The notes: a model not told the origin generated them from the sequence alone. Counted from the first letter of the stretch, positions 1 to 10,211 are shown. The stretch: DNA of 64,000 nt from Patescibacteria group bacterium (GCA_028716665.1 JAQUPP010000002.1:203717-267716); one strand, 5' to 3'. Numbers and translations: made by a program.

Positions 1-203
1 AAAACCCTTATTTTTATATTTCAAAACCGTCCCAACCCCGGTAGGGAATAGGAATCGAACCCAACGTAAATACTGGGTTATATGATGATCAAAAATTCGA
101 GTCCAGCTCCAGTCAAAGTCCTTGTTTTATTCAAATTTTGTGATAATATAAATTTATAATAGTCGTTATAGTTTTTACTTAATGATTTAATAAAATAAAT
201 ATT

Positions 204-737
204 ATGAGCAACTATATTTTGCAAAATTTAAATTTTATTATCTTCTCGTCGGTTTTATTTTTAACAATTCTGTTTATTATCATTTTATTCTCAATATTCA
301 TAAAAATAATTCATAAAGATAATATATCCGTAAAATTTAATGAACTCCATTTAAAAATTAGAGAGGAAATTAAGTACGCAGTAACTCCTAAATTTATAAA
401 CGTGTCGGCCGAGGTGAATGAGATTACTGATCTTGCGGTTGAAATATGGCGCATTGAACAGCGTATCGCAAAATCCGCTTCAAGCTTATCAGAACAACAA
501 CTTATGGGATTAGATAATTCAGTTCAAAAATTGAAACGGTATCTTTCAAAATACGATATTGAAATCTTGGATTATAAAAATACAAAATATAACGACGGTC
601 TTAATCTTGATATCCTGTCTATTGAAAAAAATTCTTCTTTACCTGAGCCAATCATAAAAGAAATAATCGAGCCAACTATTATGTGTAAGGGCCAGGTTGT
701 TCGTAAAGCAAAAATTATTTTAATAAACAATCATTAA
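204..737 (+). CDS. Membrane-anchored hypothetical protein (one N-terminal TM helix); possible GrpE-like nucleotide-exchange factor, first gene of the Hsp70 operon
   Basis: ORF is 10 bp upstream of the Hsp70 gene. It has an N-terminal hydrophobic helix and then a long helical region. The C-terminal stretch 'EPTIMCKGQVVRKAKIIL' resembles the GrpE C-terminal beta-domain pattern (GY..GR.lRpA.V.V). The similarity is weak and is my inference. Confidence 0.45.
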   Translation: MSNYILQNLNFIIFSSVLFLTILFIIILFSIFIKIIHKDNISVKFNELHLKIREEIKYAVTPKFINVSAEVNEITDLAVEIWRIEQRIAKSASSLSEQQLMGLDNSVQKLKRYLSKYDIEILDYKNTKYNDGLNLDILSIEKNSSLPEPIIKEIIEPTIMCKGQVVRKAKIILINNH

Positions 738-746
738 TTTGTTAAT

Positions 747-3251
747 ATGGCTAATCAACAAAACATTTCAATAGGTATTGATCTTGGAACAACCAATTCG
801 TCTGTTGCCATCAATAACAACGGTAACATCGAAATCATAAAAAGGGCGGGGGGCGTGGAATATACGCCGTCCGTTTTTGGCTTTAATAGAGATGAAAATA
901 AAGTAGTTGGCCAAAAGGCTTATGAGAGTTTTTATAGATCTGCAGACGTAAAAAACTACAAACCGGAAGTAAAAAGATTGATGGGCTCTTCAGAGAAGTT
1001 TCACTTCGAGAGAGTAAATATAGACATGGGGCCGGAAGAAATATCTGCTGAAATCCTTCAGAGCCTAAAAGAGGACATTCTAAGAAAATATCCAAACTTT
1101 AATACTGTAGCCGCCGTAATTACGGTTCCAGCCGCTTTCTCTGTATTACAGTCGGAGGCAACTAAACGGGCTGGTAATCTTGCCGGATTTAAACACGTAG
1201 TTTTATTACAAGAACCTATCGCTGCGGCTGCTGCTTACGGCTCCACAAATATCAAGAATGAAAACTGGCTCATTTACGACTTTGGTGGTGGCACATTTGA
1301 TGTTGCATTAATTGCTTCCAAAGACAGAGCGCTTTCAGTGCTTGGCCATAACGGTGACAATTTCCTTGGTGGTAAAAACTTTGATTTAGAGATTGTCGAT
1401 AAAATAATAGTACCAAAAATCTTAGAGAAGTTTTCCGTCAAAAACTTCAACAGGAATAATGAAAAGTATATAAGTGCCTTCTCTCGATTAAAGTTCTCTG
1501 CAGAGACGGCTAAAATAGAACTCTCTGAATATAATAAAACCTCAATCGTGGTAGAAAATGTCGGGAAGGACGATGAGGATAAGGAGATTTTTCTCTCCAT
1601 TAATTTTACGAGAAAAGAATTTGAAAATCTTATCAAACCAATGGTTGACCGCACTATCGAGCTTTCTAGGAAAACCCTGAAAGATGCCGGCATTAAGAGT
1701 GGTTCTGTTGCTAAAGTGATTCTCGTTGGTGGTCCGACTCAGATTCCATATATTCGAGAAAGAATAGAGAATGATCTCAAAATAACTGCTGATGCGTCTG
1801 TTGATCCTTTAACTGTCGTTGCGAGAGGTGCTTGCGTGTTTGGTATCGGCCAGAAGATTCCAAAGGAATTCCAAGAAAATGATGGTAAAAAACTCCGAGA
1901 AGGAACTCTTTCTATTGATCTAAATTACGATTCCGTTACTTCTGACACAGAGGCAACGATCGCGGGAATCATAGAAGACCTCAAAGATGCTAAGGATGAA
2001 TATTATGTACAAATTCAATCTGACAGTGGCTTTTATAACGGTTCAAAGAAAAAACTAAAAGGCGGTAAATTTTTTGACACAGTTTCTGTCGAGCCGAATA
2101 AGTCTAATGTTTACTGGATTTATCTTTTTGACAAAGAAGGTAATTCTGTTCCAGTTGATCAAGATTCTTTTACCATTACTCAGGGTCAGACGATATCGGG
2201 TATACCCTTGTCCCATTCGGTAAAAATAGTTGTGGTTCAAAAGGATTATACGAGGAATGTGGCTTTTAATATTTGTGACCTAGTTTTTGATAAAGGGTCA
2301 ATACTTCCTATTAAAAAAACTTTATATGTGTATAAAACATCAAGAAAGCTAAAGAAGGGCGAAGAGAATGATCTTGATATTATAGTGGTTGAAGGAGAAT
2401 CCGATATGCCAGATCGTAATGGATTTTTATGCAAAGTGGGTATCCCTGGCAAGGATCTACCCCATGATCTTCCCGAAGGAACTCCGGTAGAAATAACTGT
2501 TGTGATGAATGAATCACAAGAAGTTTTTGTTACTGCTCATATTCCACTGATTGATTTTACTGTTAATGCTCGCTCCACTTTTCACAATGAGACAATTGAT
2601 CTTAAGAATATCGAACAGGATTTAGAAATTCAAAAAGAAAGAGCAAAGGTTGTCTCTGAAAATTTGTCGCCCGATGAAAGAAAAACAATTGATAATGATA
2701 TTCAATCCGCCCAAACGAGCGTTAATAATTCTTCCATAGACGAAGATGAAAAAATGAAAGCGAATAAACAAATTAAAGATATTAAGATTGCGTTGGATAA
2801 AATTGAAAAAGAAAAGGAAATGCCTCAACTGGTTAAGGAATTTAAAGATGGTATTCAAGATACACAATCGATCATCAATGACTACGCAGATGAAAAAGAC
2901 AAAGATATAAACAATGATCAATTAAATAAGCTCATTAAAGAAGGAGAGAAAGCAATAGCCGATAATGATAAATCTCTTTTGATTCGGACCAATGAACAAA
3001 TTAACGAACTTCGCTCAAAAGCCGTTTATTCTAACCCGGCCACATGGATTCATCAGTTTAAAAAAATTACTGATAGCAAGCCAGACTTTACTAATGAAAA
3101 AGAAGCAAAGTATTATATTGAAAAGGGCAAAAGAGCGATTGAACTTGGTGATGTCGATGAGATAAAACGTTGCGTCCGTAATTTGTCGCTGTTACTCCCG
3201 TCTGATGTACAAGAAAAAATAAAAGATAATCTTTCGGGCATTACCCGCTAA
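747..3251 (+). CDS. Non-canonical Hsp70-family ATPase (DnaK-like nucleotide-binding domain plus about 460 aa of divergent C-terminal extension)
   Basis: Hsp70 NBD signatures are all present: phosphate-1 'IGIDLGTTNSSVA', connect-1 'QEPIAAAAAYG', phosphate-2 'YDFGGGTFDVAL', 'VLGHNGDNFLGG', and the adenosine motif 'VILVGGPTQIPYI'. At 834 aa it is longer than DnaK and lacks a canonical substrate-binding-domain sequence. Confidence 0.85.
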   Translation: MANQQNISIGIDLGTTNSSVAINNNGNIEIIKRAGGVEYTPSVFGFNRDENKVVGQKAYESFYRSADVKNYKPEVKRLMGSSEKFHFERVNIDMGPEEISAEILQSLKEDILRKYPNFNTVAAVITVPAAFSVLQSEATKRAGNLAGFKHVVLLQEPIAAAAAYGSTNIKNENWLIYDFGGGTFDVALIASKDRALSVLGHNGDNFLGGKNFDLEIVDKIIVPKILEKFSVKNFNRNNEKYISAFSRLKFSAETAKIELSEYNKTSIVVENVGKDDEDKEIFLSINFTRKEFENLIKPMVDRTIELSRKTLKDAGIKSGSVAKVILVGGPTQIPYIRERIENDLKITADASVDPLTVVARGACVFGIGQKIPKEFQENDGKKLREGTLSIDLNYDSVTSDTEATIAGIIEDLKDAKDEYYVQIQSDSGFYNGSKKKLKGGKFFDTVSVEPNKSNVYWIYLFDKEGNSVPVDQDSFTITQGQTISGIPLSHSVKIVVVQKDYTRNVAFNICDLVFDKGSILPIKKTLYVYKTSRKLKKGEENDLDIIVVEGESDMPDRNGFLCKVGIPGKDLPHDLPEGTPVEITVVMNESQEVFVTAHIPLIDFTVNARSTFHNETIDLKNIEQDLEIQKERAKVVSENLSPDERKTIDNDIQSAQTSVNNSSIDEDEKMKANKQIKDIKIALDKIEKEKEMPQLVKEFKDGIQDTQSIINDYADEKDKDINNDQLNKLIKEGEKAIADNDKSLLIRTNEQINELRSKAVYSNPATWIHQFKKITDSKPDFTNEKEAKYYIEKGKRAIELGDVDEIKRCVRNLSLLLPSDVQEKIKDNLSGITR

Positions 3252-3256
3252 ACCAT

Positions 3257-4891
3257 ATGTCATCTACACTCAAAAACAACGCATATCACATCCTTGGACT
3301 AGATACTTCTGCTAGTGAGAAAGATATTCTTAAACGCTCAAAGGAGATTATTAATCGTCTTAAGGCTGATGACACTCCTGACTACGATTTAGATATTGGA
3401 TTGTTTAAAGATTTTCGGACAGAGGATGCAGTAAAAGATGCCCTGCAGCGACTCCAAGCTTCCAAGAAACGGATCAAAGAATATTTCTTTTGGTTTCAGA
3501 TAGCAGATAGCGTCGATGAGCAGGTACTGGGTCTGTTTAAATTTAAAGATTACTTGAATGCCATTCGCACTTGGCAGAATGTGGCCGAAGGTCAAAGTAC
3601 GAAAGCTTTCTCTTATAAGAAGAATCTTGCTATTTTGTATTGCCTTGTACTCTCTGCCGAGGATGATAAAGACTATCTAAGAAGTTCCTTAGTTGCATGG
3701 AAAGAACTTATAGACTCAGATAAATTTTGGACTTTTTTTTCTGAAGTCTACAAACTTCATGATGAACAAACTGCCAGCGAAGATATTATTTTTGATTTCA
3801 AAAAGCATGTAGTAAGTTATCTGGCCGATATTTATACGGATTTATATCAAACCCATAAAAATGTAGATTATATTAGTCAATTTCAAAAAGTTTTTTCAGT
3901 AAAAGGTGAGCGAATAGAAAAAAACGTTTTAGAACCAGCATACCAAATGATTAATAATGCCGTTGATGAACTTGAAAAAATGGAAGTGAGTAAGGATAGT
4001 ATATTTGATAAAGAAGAGTCAGAAACAATCAAGAGGCTTATTACTACAATACAGAAGGAACTCAATCAACTGATTGATTTAAGACTCTATGACGATAGTC
4101 AGACCAAAATAATGCGGGATCGCTCGGCTAATGCCTTACGATCTATTGCTTTGGATTTACACAATAACTTAAGCGAGCTTGATAAATCTCGAGGACTTTT
4201 AGAGGTAGCAATTAAGTTCGCTGGTATGGAATCCTTGAAATACGAACTTCAAGGTCAACTCGAACAAATCCAAAAAAATATCAAAGACGATGCAGAAAAT
4301 TCTCTTACCATAGACGTACCGGGCACGTTTGGGAGAGGTACGGTTATTTTTAAGAATAACTATCTTGAATACAATAACAAGAAAATATTCTATAAAGACG
4401 CGACAAGTATTTCTTATCATGCCCATTCGCAGTCAATAAACTTTATTCCGGCTTCACAATCGTTCAGTTACATGGTTGCTTCGCCAAATGAGACTATTTC
4501 ATTCTCATTTGGAACTACCCTCTATATTGGTCACAAAACAATGCAAGAGGTGTGGGGAAAGTTGATTGGGCTTTCAGAGGGACTAATTGAGTCACATATT
4601 ATAGAAAGTATGGTCGATCAAATTTTTGATCGCGATAAACCCATAACCATTGGTCGTATTGAATTCTCCAAACAAGGATATTCACAAACCAAATCCAAGC
4701 TATTTGGCAAGAGCGAGAAAGAGATAGTTTACTGGACGGATACTATTTACACCCCAAAGTTCAGTTCCGGAATGGTAGTTTTATGGAAAGATAAAAACGG
4801 AGTGAGTCAACAATTTACCACAATAGCGATGTCGACGCCAAATGCGGTTGTAATACCAGGGTTAGTTAAAGCATGCATTAATCGTCTATAA
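3257..4891 (+). CDS. J-like domain protein (degenerate HPD->TPD) with a large helical C-terminal domain
   Basis: The N-terminus 'AYHILGLDTSASEKDILKRSKEIINRLKADDTPD' aligns to J-domain helices I-II and the HPD loop, with His replaced by Thr. The gene starts 6 bp after the Hsp70 stop. It has no DnaJ zinc finger or G/F region. Confidence 0.65.
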   Translation: MSSTLKNNAYHILGLDTSASEKDILKRSKEIINRLKADDTPDYDLDIGLFKDFRTEDAVKDALQRLQASKKRIKEYFFWFQIADSVDEQVLGLFKFKDYLNAIRTWQNVAEGQSTKAFSYKKNLAILYCLVLSAEDDKDYLRSSLVAWKELIDSDKFWTFFSEVYKLHDEQTASEDIIFDFKKHVVSYLADIYTDLYQTHKNVDYISQFQKVFSVKGERIEKNVLEPAYQMINNAVDELEKMEVSKDSIFDKEESETIKRLITTIQKELNQLIDLRLYDDSQTKIMRDRSANALRSIALDLHNNLSELDKSRGLLEVAIKFAGMESLKYELQGQLEQIQKNIKDDAENSLTIDVPGTFGRGTVIFKNNYLEYNNKKIFYKDATSISYHAHSQSINFIPASQSFSYMVASPNETISFSFGTTLYIGHKTMQEVWGKLIGLSEGLIESHIIESMVDQIFDRDKPITIGRIEFSKQGYSQTKSKLFGKSEKEIVYWTDTIYTPKFSSGMVVLWKDKNGVSQQFTTIAMSTPNAVVIPGLVKACINRL

Positions 4892-4895
4892 ATAC

Positions 4896-5549
4896 ATGGA
4901 AAATGATAAAAAACATTTGGATATCGACCTTGAATTCCTTGATAAAAAGGAGCCGACTAGAGTTACACCGCCTAAGCTAGAATCTCCTAAGGGTAGCGAA
5001 CCAAACTGGCGATATTACGATAAAGACAAGGCTAATGCTAATTCCGGCTCTGGTAAAAAATATAAATGGAAAAATATTTTAATAATAGGTGGCGTTGTTA
5101 TATTCTTTGGCTGGGTTATTTTTTCAAATAGTAACTCAAAGAATGATACTAATACCGGAAGCTATACACCACCTAGTGTAAATCAAGTGTCGTCGAATAG
5201 TAATACGGTTGTGATAGGTGAATATAGATGTTTAAGTTATAACTACGATAGAGCAGTCGCACTTACTCCCAGTGAAAGTGAACAGCAAATAGATACCGCC
5301 AGAAATGACTTGGAATATAAAAGTAATGAGCTTGATCGTTTGAAAAATAAAATTGATAGTTCTTATGTGGATGAATACTCATCGCAATATGAGATTAATC
5401 AATACAATGAGACGGTGAACGATTATAATATTAAACTTACTTCATATAAGCGAGACGAGGCAAATTTTAATTCGCGGGTTGAAAGATATAATACCCAAAT
5501 TGAAGCCCATAATAATTATTTAAGAAATAATTGCACACTTAATAGATAA
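4896..5549 (+). CDS. Single-pass membrane protein with a C-terminal coiled coil
   Basis: TM helix 'ILIIGGVVIFFGWVIF' is followed by an Asn/Ser-rich linker and a heptad-like helical region. The gene sits in 5-bp gaps between the J-like protein and the AAA ATPase. Confidence 0.55.
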   Translation: MENDKKHLDIDLEFLDKKEPTRVTPPKLESPKGSEPNWRYYDKDKANANSGSGKKYKWKNILIIGGVVIFFGWVIFSNSNSKNDTNTGSYTPPSVNQVSSNSNTVVIGEYRCLSYNYDRAVALTPSESEQQIDTARNDLEYKSNELDRLKNKIDSSYVDEYSSQYEINQYNETVNDYNIKLTSYKRDEANFNSRVERYNTQIEAHNNYLRNNCTLNR

Positions 5550-5553
5550 AGTT

Positions 5554-6630
5554 ATGACAACATTAACGAAACCAATTCTCTATAATGGATTCAAAGTCAA
5601 AGACGGGTTAACCGTCAAAAATCGCATTGAGCGAATTTTCTTTACCGAAGTATATGCGTTATCTGACGGATCTTTTTTATACTTATTTTTTAATCTTAAA
5701 CCAAACGAGATATTTGATCGTCGCGAAAAATACGACCTTGTTAGAATAAAAAAAGAAGGAGAGGAATTACCTGGTGTTATTGTTAAGGATTATTCGAATC
5801 GTCAATTATTAACAGCTATTGAAGATCTAACTACGACAAAAGGTTTTGATTGTGTCGCTGGAATGGATAAATTAAAAACTTTTTTAATTAAAAAAGTTAT
5901 TGAACCACTTCGAAATCCTGAAAAATTTAAGAAATACAGACTCTCAATTCCAAACGGTATTTTACTGTACGGACCACCCGGATGCGGAAAAACATTTATT
6001 GTCAACAAACTGGCAGAAGAATTGGGATACAACTTTGTTGAATTAAAACCCTCATCGGTTGCAGTTCCTTATGTTCACGGTGCTGTTAATAAGATTGCCG
6101 AACTTTTTGAAAGGGCAAAATTACAAGCACCGTCAATTGTATTTATTGATGATGCCGAAGCACTTATACCAAAAACAGAAGAGCTATCATTTAGTGCGGA
6201 TATAAAAAAAGAAGAAATTAACCAATTTAAACTAGAACTAAATAATATTGGAGAGAAGAAAATTCTTGTTGTTTATGCAACAAACTGGCCAGAAATGATT
6301 GATTTAGCAATACTTAGAGGCGGAAGAACGGATTATAAGATATATGTTCCTGCGCCAGATTTTGATGCTAGAAAGGGACTATTTATAAATTTTCTTTCAG
6401 GAAGACCCTGTGGCAAAGAAATTGATATAGAAAAATTAGCAAAGATGACAAATAATTATGCGAGTACCGATATTGAACTTATAGTTAAAAATGCGGCTTA
6501 CGTGGCATTAGAGTTGGAAAAAAATATTGATGAAAAAATGTTAATTAAATCAATAAACAAACTTAATTCATCAATTTCGCCAGAACAAATTCGACATTAC
6601 GAACAACTTAGTGGTATGGAAAGGTGGTAG
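5554..6630 (+). CDS. AAA+ ATPase (classic AAA clade, FtsH/CDC48/Vps4-like ATPase domain)
   Basis: Walker A 'LLYGPPGCGKTF', Walker B 'IVFIDDAEAL', and the second region of homology 'ATNWPEMIDLAILRGGRTDYKIYVPAPD'. An N-terminal domain of about 110 aa is not recognised. Confidence 0.85.
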   Translation: MTTLTKPILYNGFKVKDGLTVKNRIERIFFTEVYALSDGSFLYLFFNLKPNEIFDRREKYDLVRIKKEGEELPGVIVKDYSNRQLLTAIEDLTTTKGFDCVAGMDKLKTFLIKKVIEPLRNPEKFKKYRLSIPNGILLYGPPGCGKTFIVNKLAEELGYNFVELKPSSVAVPYVHGAVNKIAELFERAKLQAPSIVFIDDAEALIPKTEELSFSADIKKEEINQFKLELNNIGEKKILVVYATNWPEMIDLAILRGGRTDYKIYVPAPDFDARKGLFINFLSGRPCGKEIDIEKLAKMTNNYASTDIELIVKNAAYVALELEKNIDEKMLIKSINKLNSSISPEQIRHYEQLSGMERW

Positions 6631-6703
6631 TTTTAGGTGATGACGCACCAATGAAATTGGTACTGGTATCTTTAGGGGAATTAGCATTATAACTTTTAAA
6701 CAA

Positions 6704-7525
6704 ATGAAGAACTGTCAATTTTGTAAAAATTCTATCACCGACAATAATGACATTTGTCCTTATTGTCGGCGGGTTTTGGTTGAAAGAATTTATTCTAATT
6801 CAAAACACACATCACACACTGTCAATCAAGGCGCAAAAATCTCGATTAATAGAAAATTAAAAAATTATTTTAAGCAACTAAGCAATAAATTTAAAAAAAT
6901 AAAATGGAATAATTTTAAAAAATATATTCCAATTCTTGCTCTACTACTGTTAATTATTTTTATCAGCCTCCAAAAAGAAAAAAATAACACGCATACAACT
7001 TATAGTCATACTCCAGTTTCGGTTATTCCAAGCAACGAGAATTCATCGATTAAATTGAGTGATACTCCAGTGGCTCAAATCAAAGATCCCAAAAACTATA
7101 TTTCATTGCCCAATGGCACACCTCTATCCAAAAATACTTATTATTTTAATGGATTGGGACAATTAAAAATAGACAATGGGACGAGCCTAGATGCTATAGC
7201 TAAACTAGTAGATATCACAACCAATAAATCGATTCTTACAGTATATATAAAAGCTAATAGTACTTATGATATTAATAAAATATTAGATGGCAATTATAAA
7301 CTATTCTTTAATCTCGGAAATGATTGGAGCACAGAAGTTAAGGCGTTCGCCGTAAATTCTAGCTATGAAGTTTTTAAAGAAAATTTTGACTTTACTACAT
7401 CAGAGTATAGAGAAGGCGATTATATACGCACACGATATATAACTTTTAGCGTAACATTAAATCCTGTAATTGGCGGACAAGCTAAAACAGAAGAAATTAA
7501 CGCGGTAGAATTCGGTGGCTATTAA
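6704..7525 (+). CDS. Zinc-ribbon / TM / extracytoplasmic-domain protein
   Basis: N-terminal 'CQFCKNS...CPYCRR' zinc ribbon, one TM helix 'ILALLLLIIFISL', and a C-terminal beta-rich domain of about 180 aa. Confidence 0.55.
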   Translation: MKNCQFCKNSITDNNDICPYCRRVLVERIYSNSKHTSHTVNQGAKISINRKLKNYFKQLSNKFKKIKWNNFKKYIPILALLLLIIFISLQKEKNNTHTTYSHTPVSVIPSNENSSIKLSDTPVAQIKDPKNYISLPNGTPLSKNTYYFNGLGQLKIDNGTSLDAIAKLVDITTNKSILTVYIKANSTYDINKILDGNYKLFFNLGNDWSTEVKAFAVNSSYEVFKENFDFTTSEYREGDYIRTRYITFSVTLNPVIGGQAKTEEINAVEFGGY

Positions 7526-7648
7526 AAATAGATAAGAATAAAATAAGATAATACGGTTTACTTTAAAGAGGTGAGATAAAATCTCACCTCTTTAAATTGA
7601 ATAAATACAAAAATCTGCTATAATGAAAACAAAGTTTAGAAAATAAAT

Positions 7649-8761
7649 ATGACAAAAATATATTTTACAAGATATTTTATAGAAACTCCTAACTCTGTTG
7701 GTAATCGTAGAAATATAGAATCAGGTAAGATTTTGGGGTTGAAATTTAAGCTAGGTAGTAATGAAATATCTTTCTATGATCATGATAAAGGTCTTTCTTC
7801 TGATTGTTATATTGAAGCAGACTCCTTGAACGATGCTGAGAATAAATCGAAGGTTTTTATAGAAAACATTTTAAACTTAATTGATCTCTCAATGTCATCT
7901 GCCTCAGCATCTCCCCAATTTATAACATCTTATAATGCTTCTTCTAATTTGCCCATCAGAGAATATAAGCAAATTTTATATGTTCCTATACGAGAAAGAA
8001 ATATCGCAGTGATTGATCAAGATTTCTTCGGCAAATTATTTAACCTTCTTGATAAAAATAAAGACAAAAGAACGGAAATGGCTATATCTTGGTTAAGAAA
8101 GGGGTACCTTGAGCAAAAACATGTTGATAAATTTATTGCTTTTTGGACTGGATTAGAATCTATAAATGAGTTATTATGTGATTTATTTATTATTCCTCAG
8201 GAGGAAAGGAAATTAAAATGTAAAAAATGCGGTGAAGTCCTTCATCCAATTACAACCGGAATTAAAAAATTATTTATTGATGAGATAAAAATTAACGATA
8301 AAAAATTTGAAGATATAAGAAAAGCAAGGGGCAAACTTTTACATGGTGGTCCATTAGATAATATTTTTATTAATGAAATTAAAGAATATAATCCTATTGT
8401 TAAAAAAACTTTAATAGTGGGATTAGGTAAATTATTAGGGATGGAAGGAAAAGATATAGATAAAATAATTAAACAAAAATCTAATTTATATAATGAAACA
8501 ATCAGATTTATTATTAAGGCGAATTTAGTAAATTTTGAACCGCCCAAAATTAACGAATTTGGCAAACAACCTAAAATAGATTTAATTGAGGAAAATTTAT
8601 TAAATCGTATAATAGATAGCAAAGGAAAACTGAGTTTAAAATTAGAAACAACGTTAAAATTAAATGCCAATTTTAATAATATAACCTTTGAAGTATGGGG
8701 CGAGGATAATACTTGTATAAAAAGTATCAAGATTGATGATATCAAGAAAGTAACTGAATAA
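7649..8761 (+). CDS. Hypothetical protein with a candidate HEPN-like Rx4H motif and a CxxC pair
   Basis: 'DIRKARGKLLHGG' contains R-x4-H, and 'CKKCGEVLHP' is present. The gene has its own promoter (TTGAAT-16-TATAAT at about 7596-7623) after a terminator hairpin, and the region is very AT-rich. Confidence 0.5.
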   Translation: MTKIYFTRYFIETPNSVGNRRNIESGKILGLKFKLGSNEISFYDHDKGLSSDCYIEADSLNDAENKSKVFIENILNLIDLSMSSASASPQFITSYNASSNLPIREYKQILYVPIRERNIAVIDQDFFGKLFNLLDKNKDKRTEMAISWLRKGYLEQKHVDKFIAFWTGLESINELLCDLFIIPQEERKLKCKKCGEVLHPITTGIKKLFIDEIKINDKKFEDIRKARGKLLHGGPLDNIFINEIKEYNPIVKKTLIVGLGKLLGMEGKDIDKIIKQKSNLYNETIRFIIKANLVNFEPPKINEFGKQPKIDLIEENLLNRIIDSKGKLSLKLETTLKLNANFNNITFEVWGEDNTCIKSIKIDDIKKVTE

Positions 8762-8786
8762 ACAATAGAAAAATATATTAAGTAAT

Positions 8787-9404
8787 ATGACCATAGAAAA
8801 TTCTTTAAAACATTTAGAATCTTTAAAAGAAAGTTACATCAAGATAACCAAGGAGATGCTACAAGCGAATAATGGTAATTTATACTCATTTGATTTGTTT
8901 ATTCTTGGAATAATCAAGAGGTCTATTTTGTTGACAACGGGATTTTGTACATTAGTGCGACAGAATAATTTTTTAAGCGCAGCCCCGCTTATTCGATTAC
9001 ATCTAGACAATCTATTACAGATGCACGCGGCTTTTATTGTGAAAAATTCAGATGATTTTTCGTTTAAAAAGATAAAGGGAGAGCAAACAAATAATTTAAA
9101 AGACTTAAAGGGGAATAAAATGACGGATAATTACTTAGCAATGTCACTCTCAGAAATAAAAGAAACTTCGTGGGTTTTAAATTTATACAAAGAAACATCA
9201 AAATTTGTGCACATCAGTGATAAACATATTTTGAGTGTAGTAGAGAAATTAGATGAAGGCGGTGTTATTGATTTTGTTATTTCAGATAAACAAACAATCC
9301 CAGAGAAACACGCCACTGAAGCTGCACAAGCTATGATAAGTATTACTGAACAATTATTTCGGTATGTGTATGGATGGATACATGTAAAAAATAAAAAGTC
9401 ATAA
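8787..9404 (+). CDS. Hypothetical protein
   Basis: ORF in the AT-rich block with no recognisable motifs. Confidence 0.45.
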   Translation: MTIENSLKHLESLKESYIKITKEMLQANNGNLYSFDLFILGIIKRSILLTTGFCTLVRQNNFLSAAPLIRLHLDNLLQMHAAFIVKNSDDFSFKKIKGEQTNNLKDLKGNKMTDNYLAMSLSEIKETSWVLNLYKETSKFVHISDKHILSVVEKLDEGGVIDFVISDKQTIPEKHATEAAQAMISITEQLFRYVYGWIHVKNKKS

Positions 9405-9455
9405 GTGTTTTATGGCTGACTGGCCAACAAAAAATAATTAAATAATTTAAGACAT

Positions 9456-10211
9456 ATGAATATACAAAAACCATTTTATAAGATGTTTAGGCCAAATAAA
9501 CAGAAGGATGGATATTTTGGGGATTACGTTATTGATTATAGAAACATTTTGGATTGGAGTTCCCCGATTAGGGCCTTTAATTTAATAATTGAAGATTTTA
9601 AAAAAATTTGTGAATATATTGATCCAAGTGATGAGAATACTGCGGTTTATTCTCATAGATTATACGAAATATTTATTAGAACTTGCACGGAATTAGAGTC
9701 CAATATGAAGGCAATATTAAAGGCAAATGGATATGTAAAAACTGGGAGATGGTGGGATATGACTGATTACAAAAAGTTAGAACCTGTATTAAAATTATCT
9801 GATTATGAAGTGTTAATAAATTTTTGGAACAATGGTAGGGGAATGAGTGGTGGTTGCGTCCCTTTTAGAAATTGGGCACAGAGCAAGAGTGGTATACTAG
9901 TTTGGTATCAAGATTACAATAATGTAAAACACTCTAGGGAAGAAAACTTTCATTTAGCTTCTTTGGGTAATTTACTTGACTCAATCTGTGGGTTATTTAT
10001 AATTTTGTTTTCTCAATATGGTGTTCAAATTTTTAATCCCTACCAAATTGTAAAGAGTTATGACGAAGATGATTTGGGTAAAATAATTTCTAAAGATTCC
10101 TTTATATTTAGTATCAAACCACCCGAATGGCGCGAAAACGAAAAATACGATTTTGATTGGGATATAATTAGAGCAGAGAAAAATCCTTTTCAGGAGTTTA
10201 AATCATTTTAA
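9456..10211 (+). CDS. Hypothetical protein
   Basis: ORF in the AT-rich block with no recognisable motifs. Confidence 0.45.
   Translation: MNIQKPFYKMFRPNKQKDGYFGDYVIDYRNILDWSSPIRAFNLIIEDFKKICEYIDPSDENTAVYSHRLYEIFIRTCTELESNMKAILKANGYVKTGRWWDMTDYKKLEPVLKLSDYEVLINFWNNGRGMSGGCVPFRNWAQSKSGILVWYQDYNNVKHSREENFHLASLGNLLDSICGLFIILFSQYGVQIFNPYQIVKSYDEDDLGKIISKDSFIFSIKPPEWRENEKYDFDWDIIRAEKNPFQEFKSF

Noticed and set aside
40-125. tRNA-like T-arm motif (reverse complement GGGTTCGATTCC at 51-62) near the window start.
   Set aside because: I could not build an acceptor stem, D-arm or anticodon arm on either strand. There is no CCA or complementary 5' strand. It is probably a chance match or a degraded remnant, so not called.
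883-2921. Minus-strand ORFs (883-1095, 1274-1693, 2055-2452, 2622-2921) nested inside the Hsp70 gene. Similar antisense ORFs sit inside other large + strand genes, for example 8242-8745, 10416-10933, 21146-21587 and 31185-31765.
   Set aside because: They lie entirely antisense to long, motif-supported genes. They have no RBS or promoter and low-complexity translations typical of AT-rich antisense frames.
747-3251. Whether the Hsp70 gene is simply the organism's housekeeping dnaK.
   Set aside because: I did not accept that. The C-terminal 460 aa does not resemble the DnaK SBD, the partners are non-canonical (J-like without HPD, zinc finger or G/F region, and a TM-anchored GrpE-like protein), and an AAA+ ATPase is co-operonic. 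It cannot be fully excluded without the rest of the genome.
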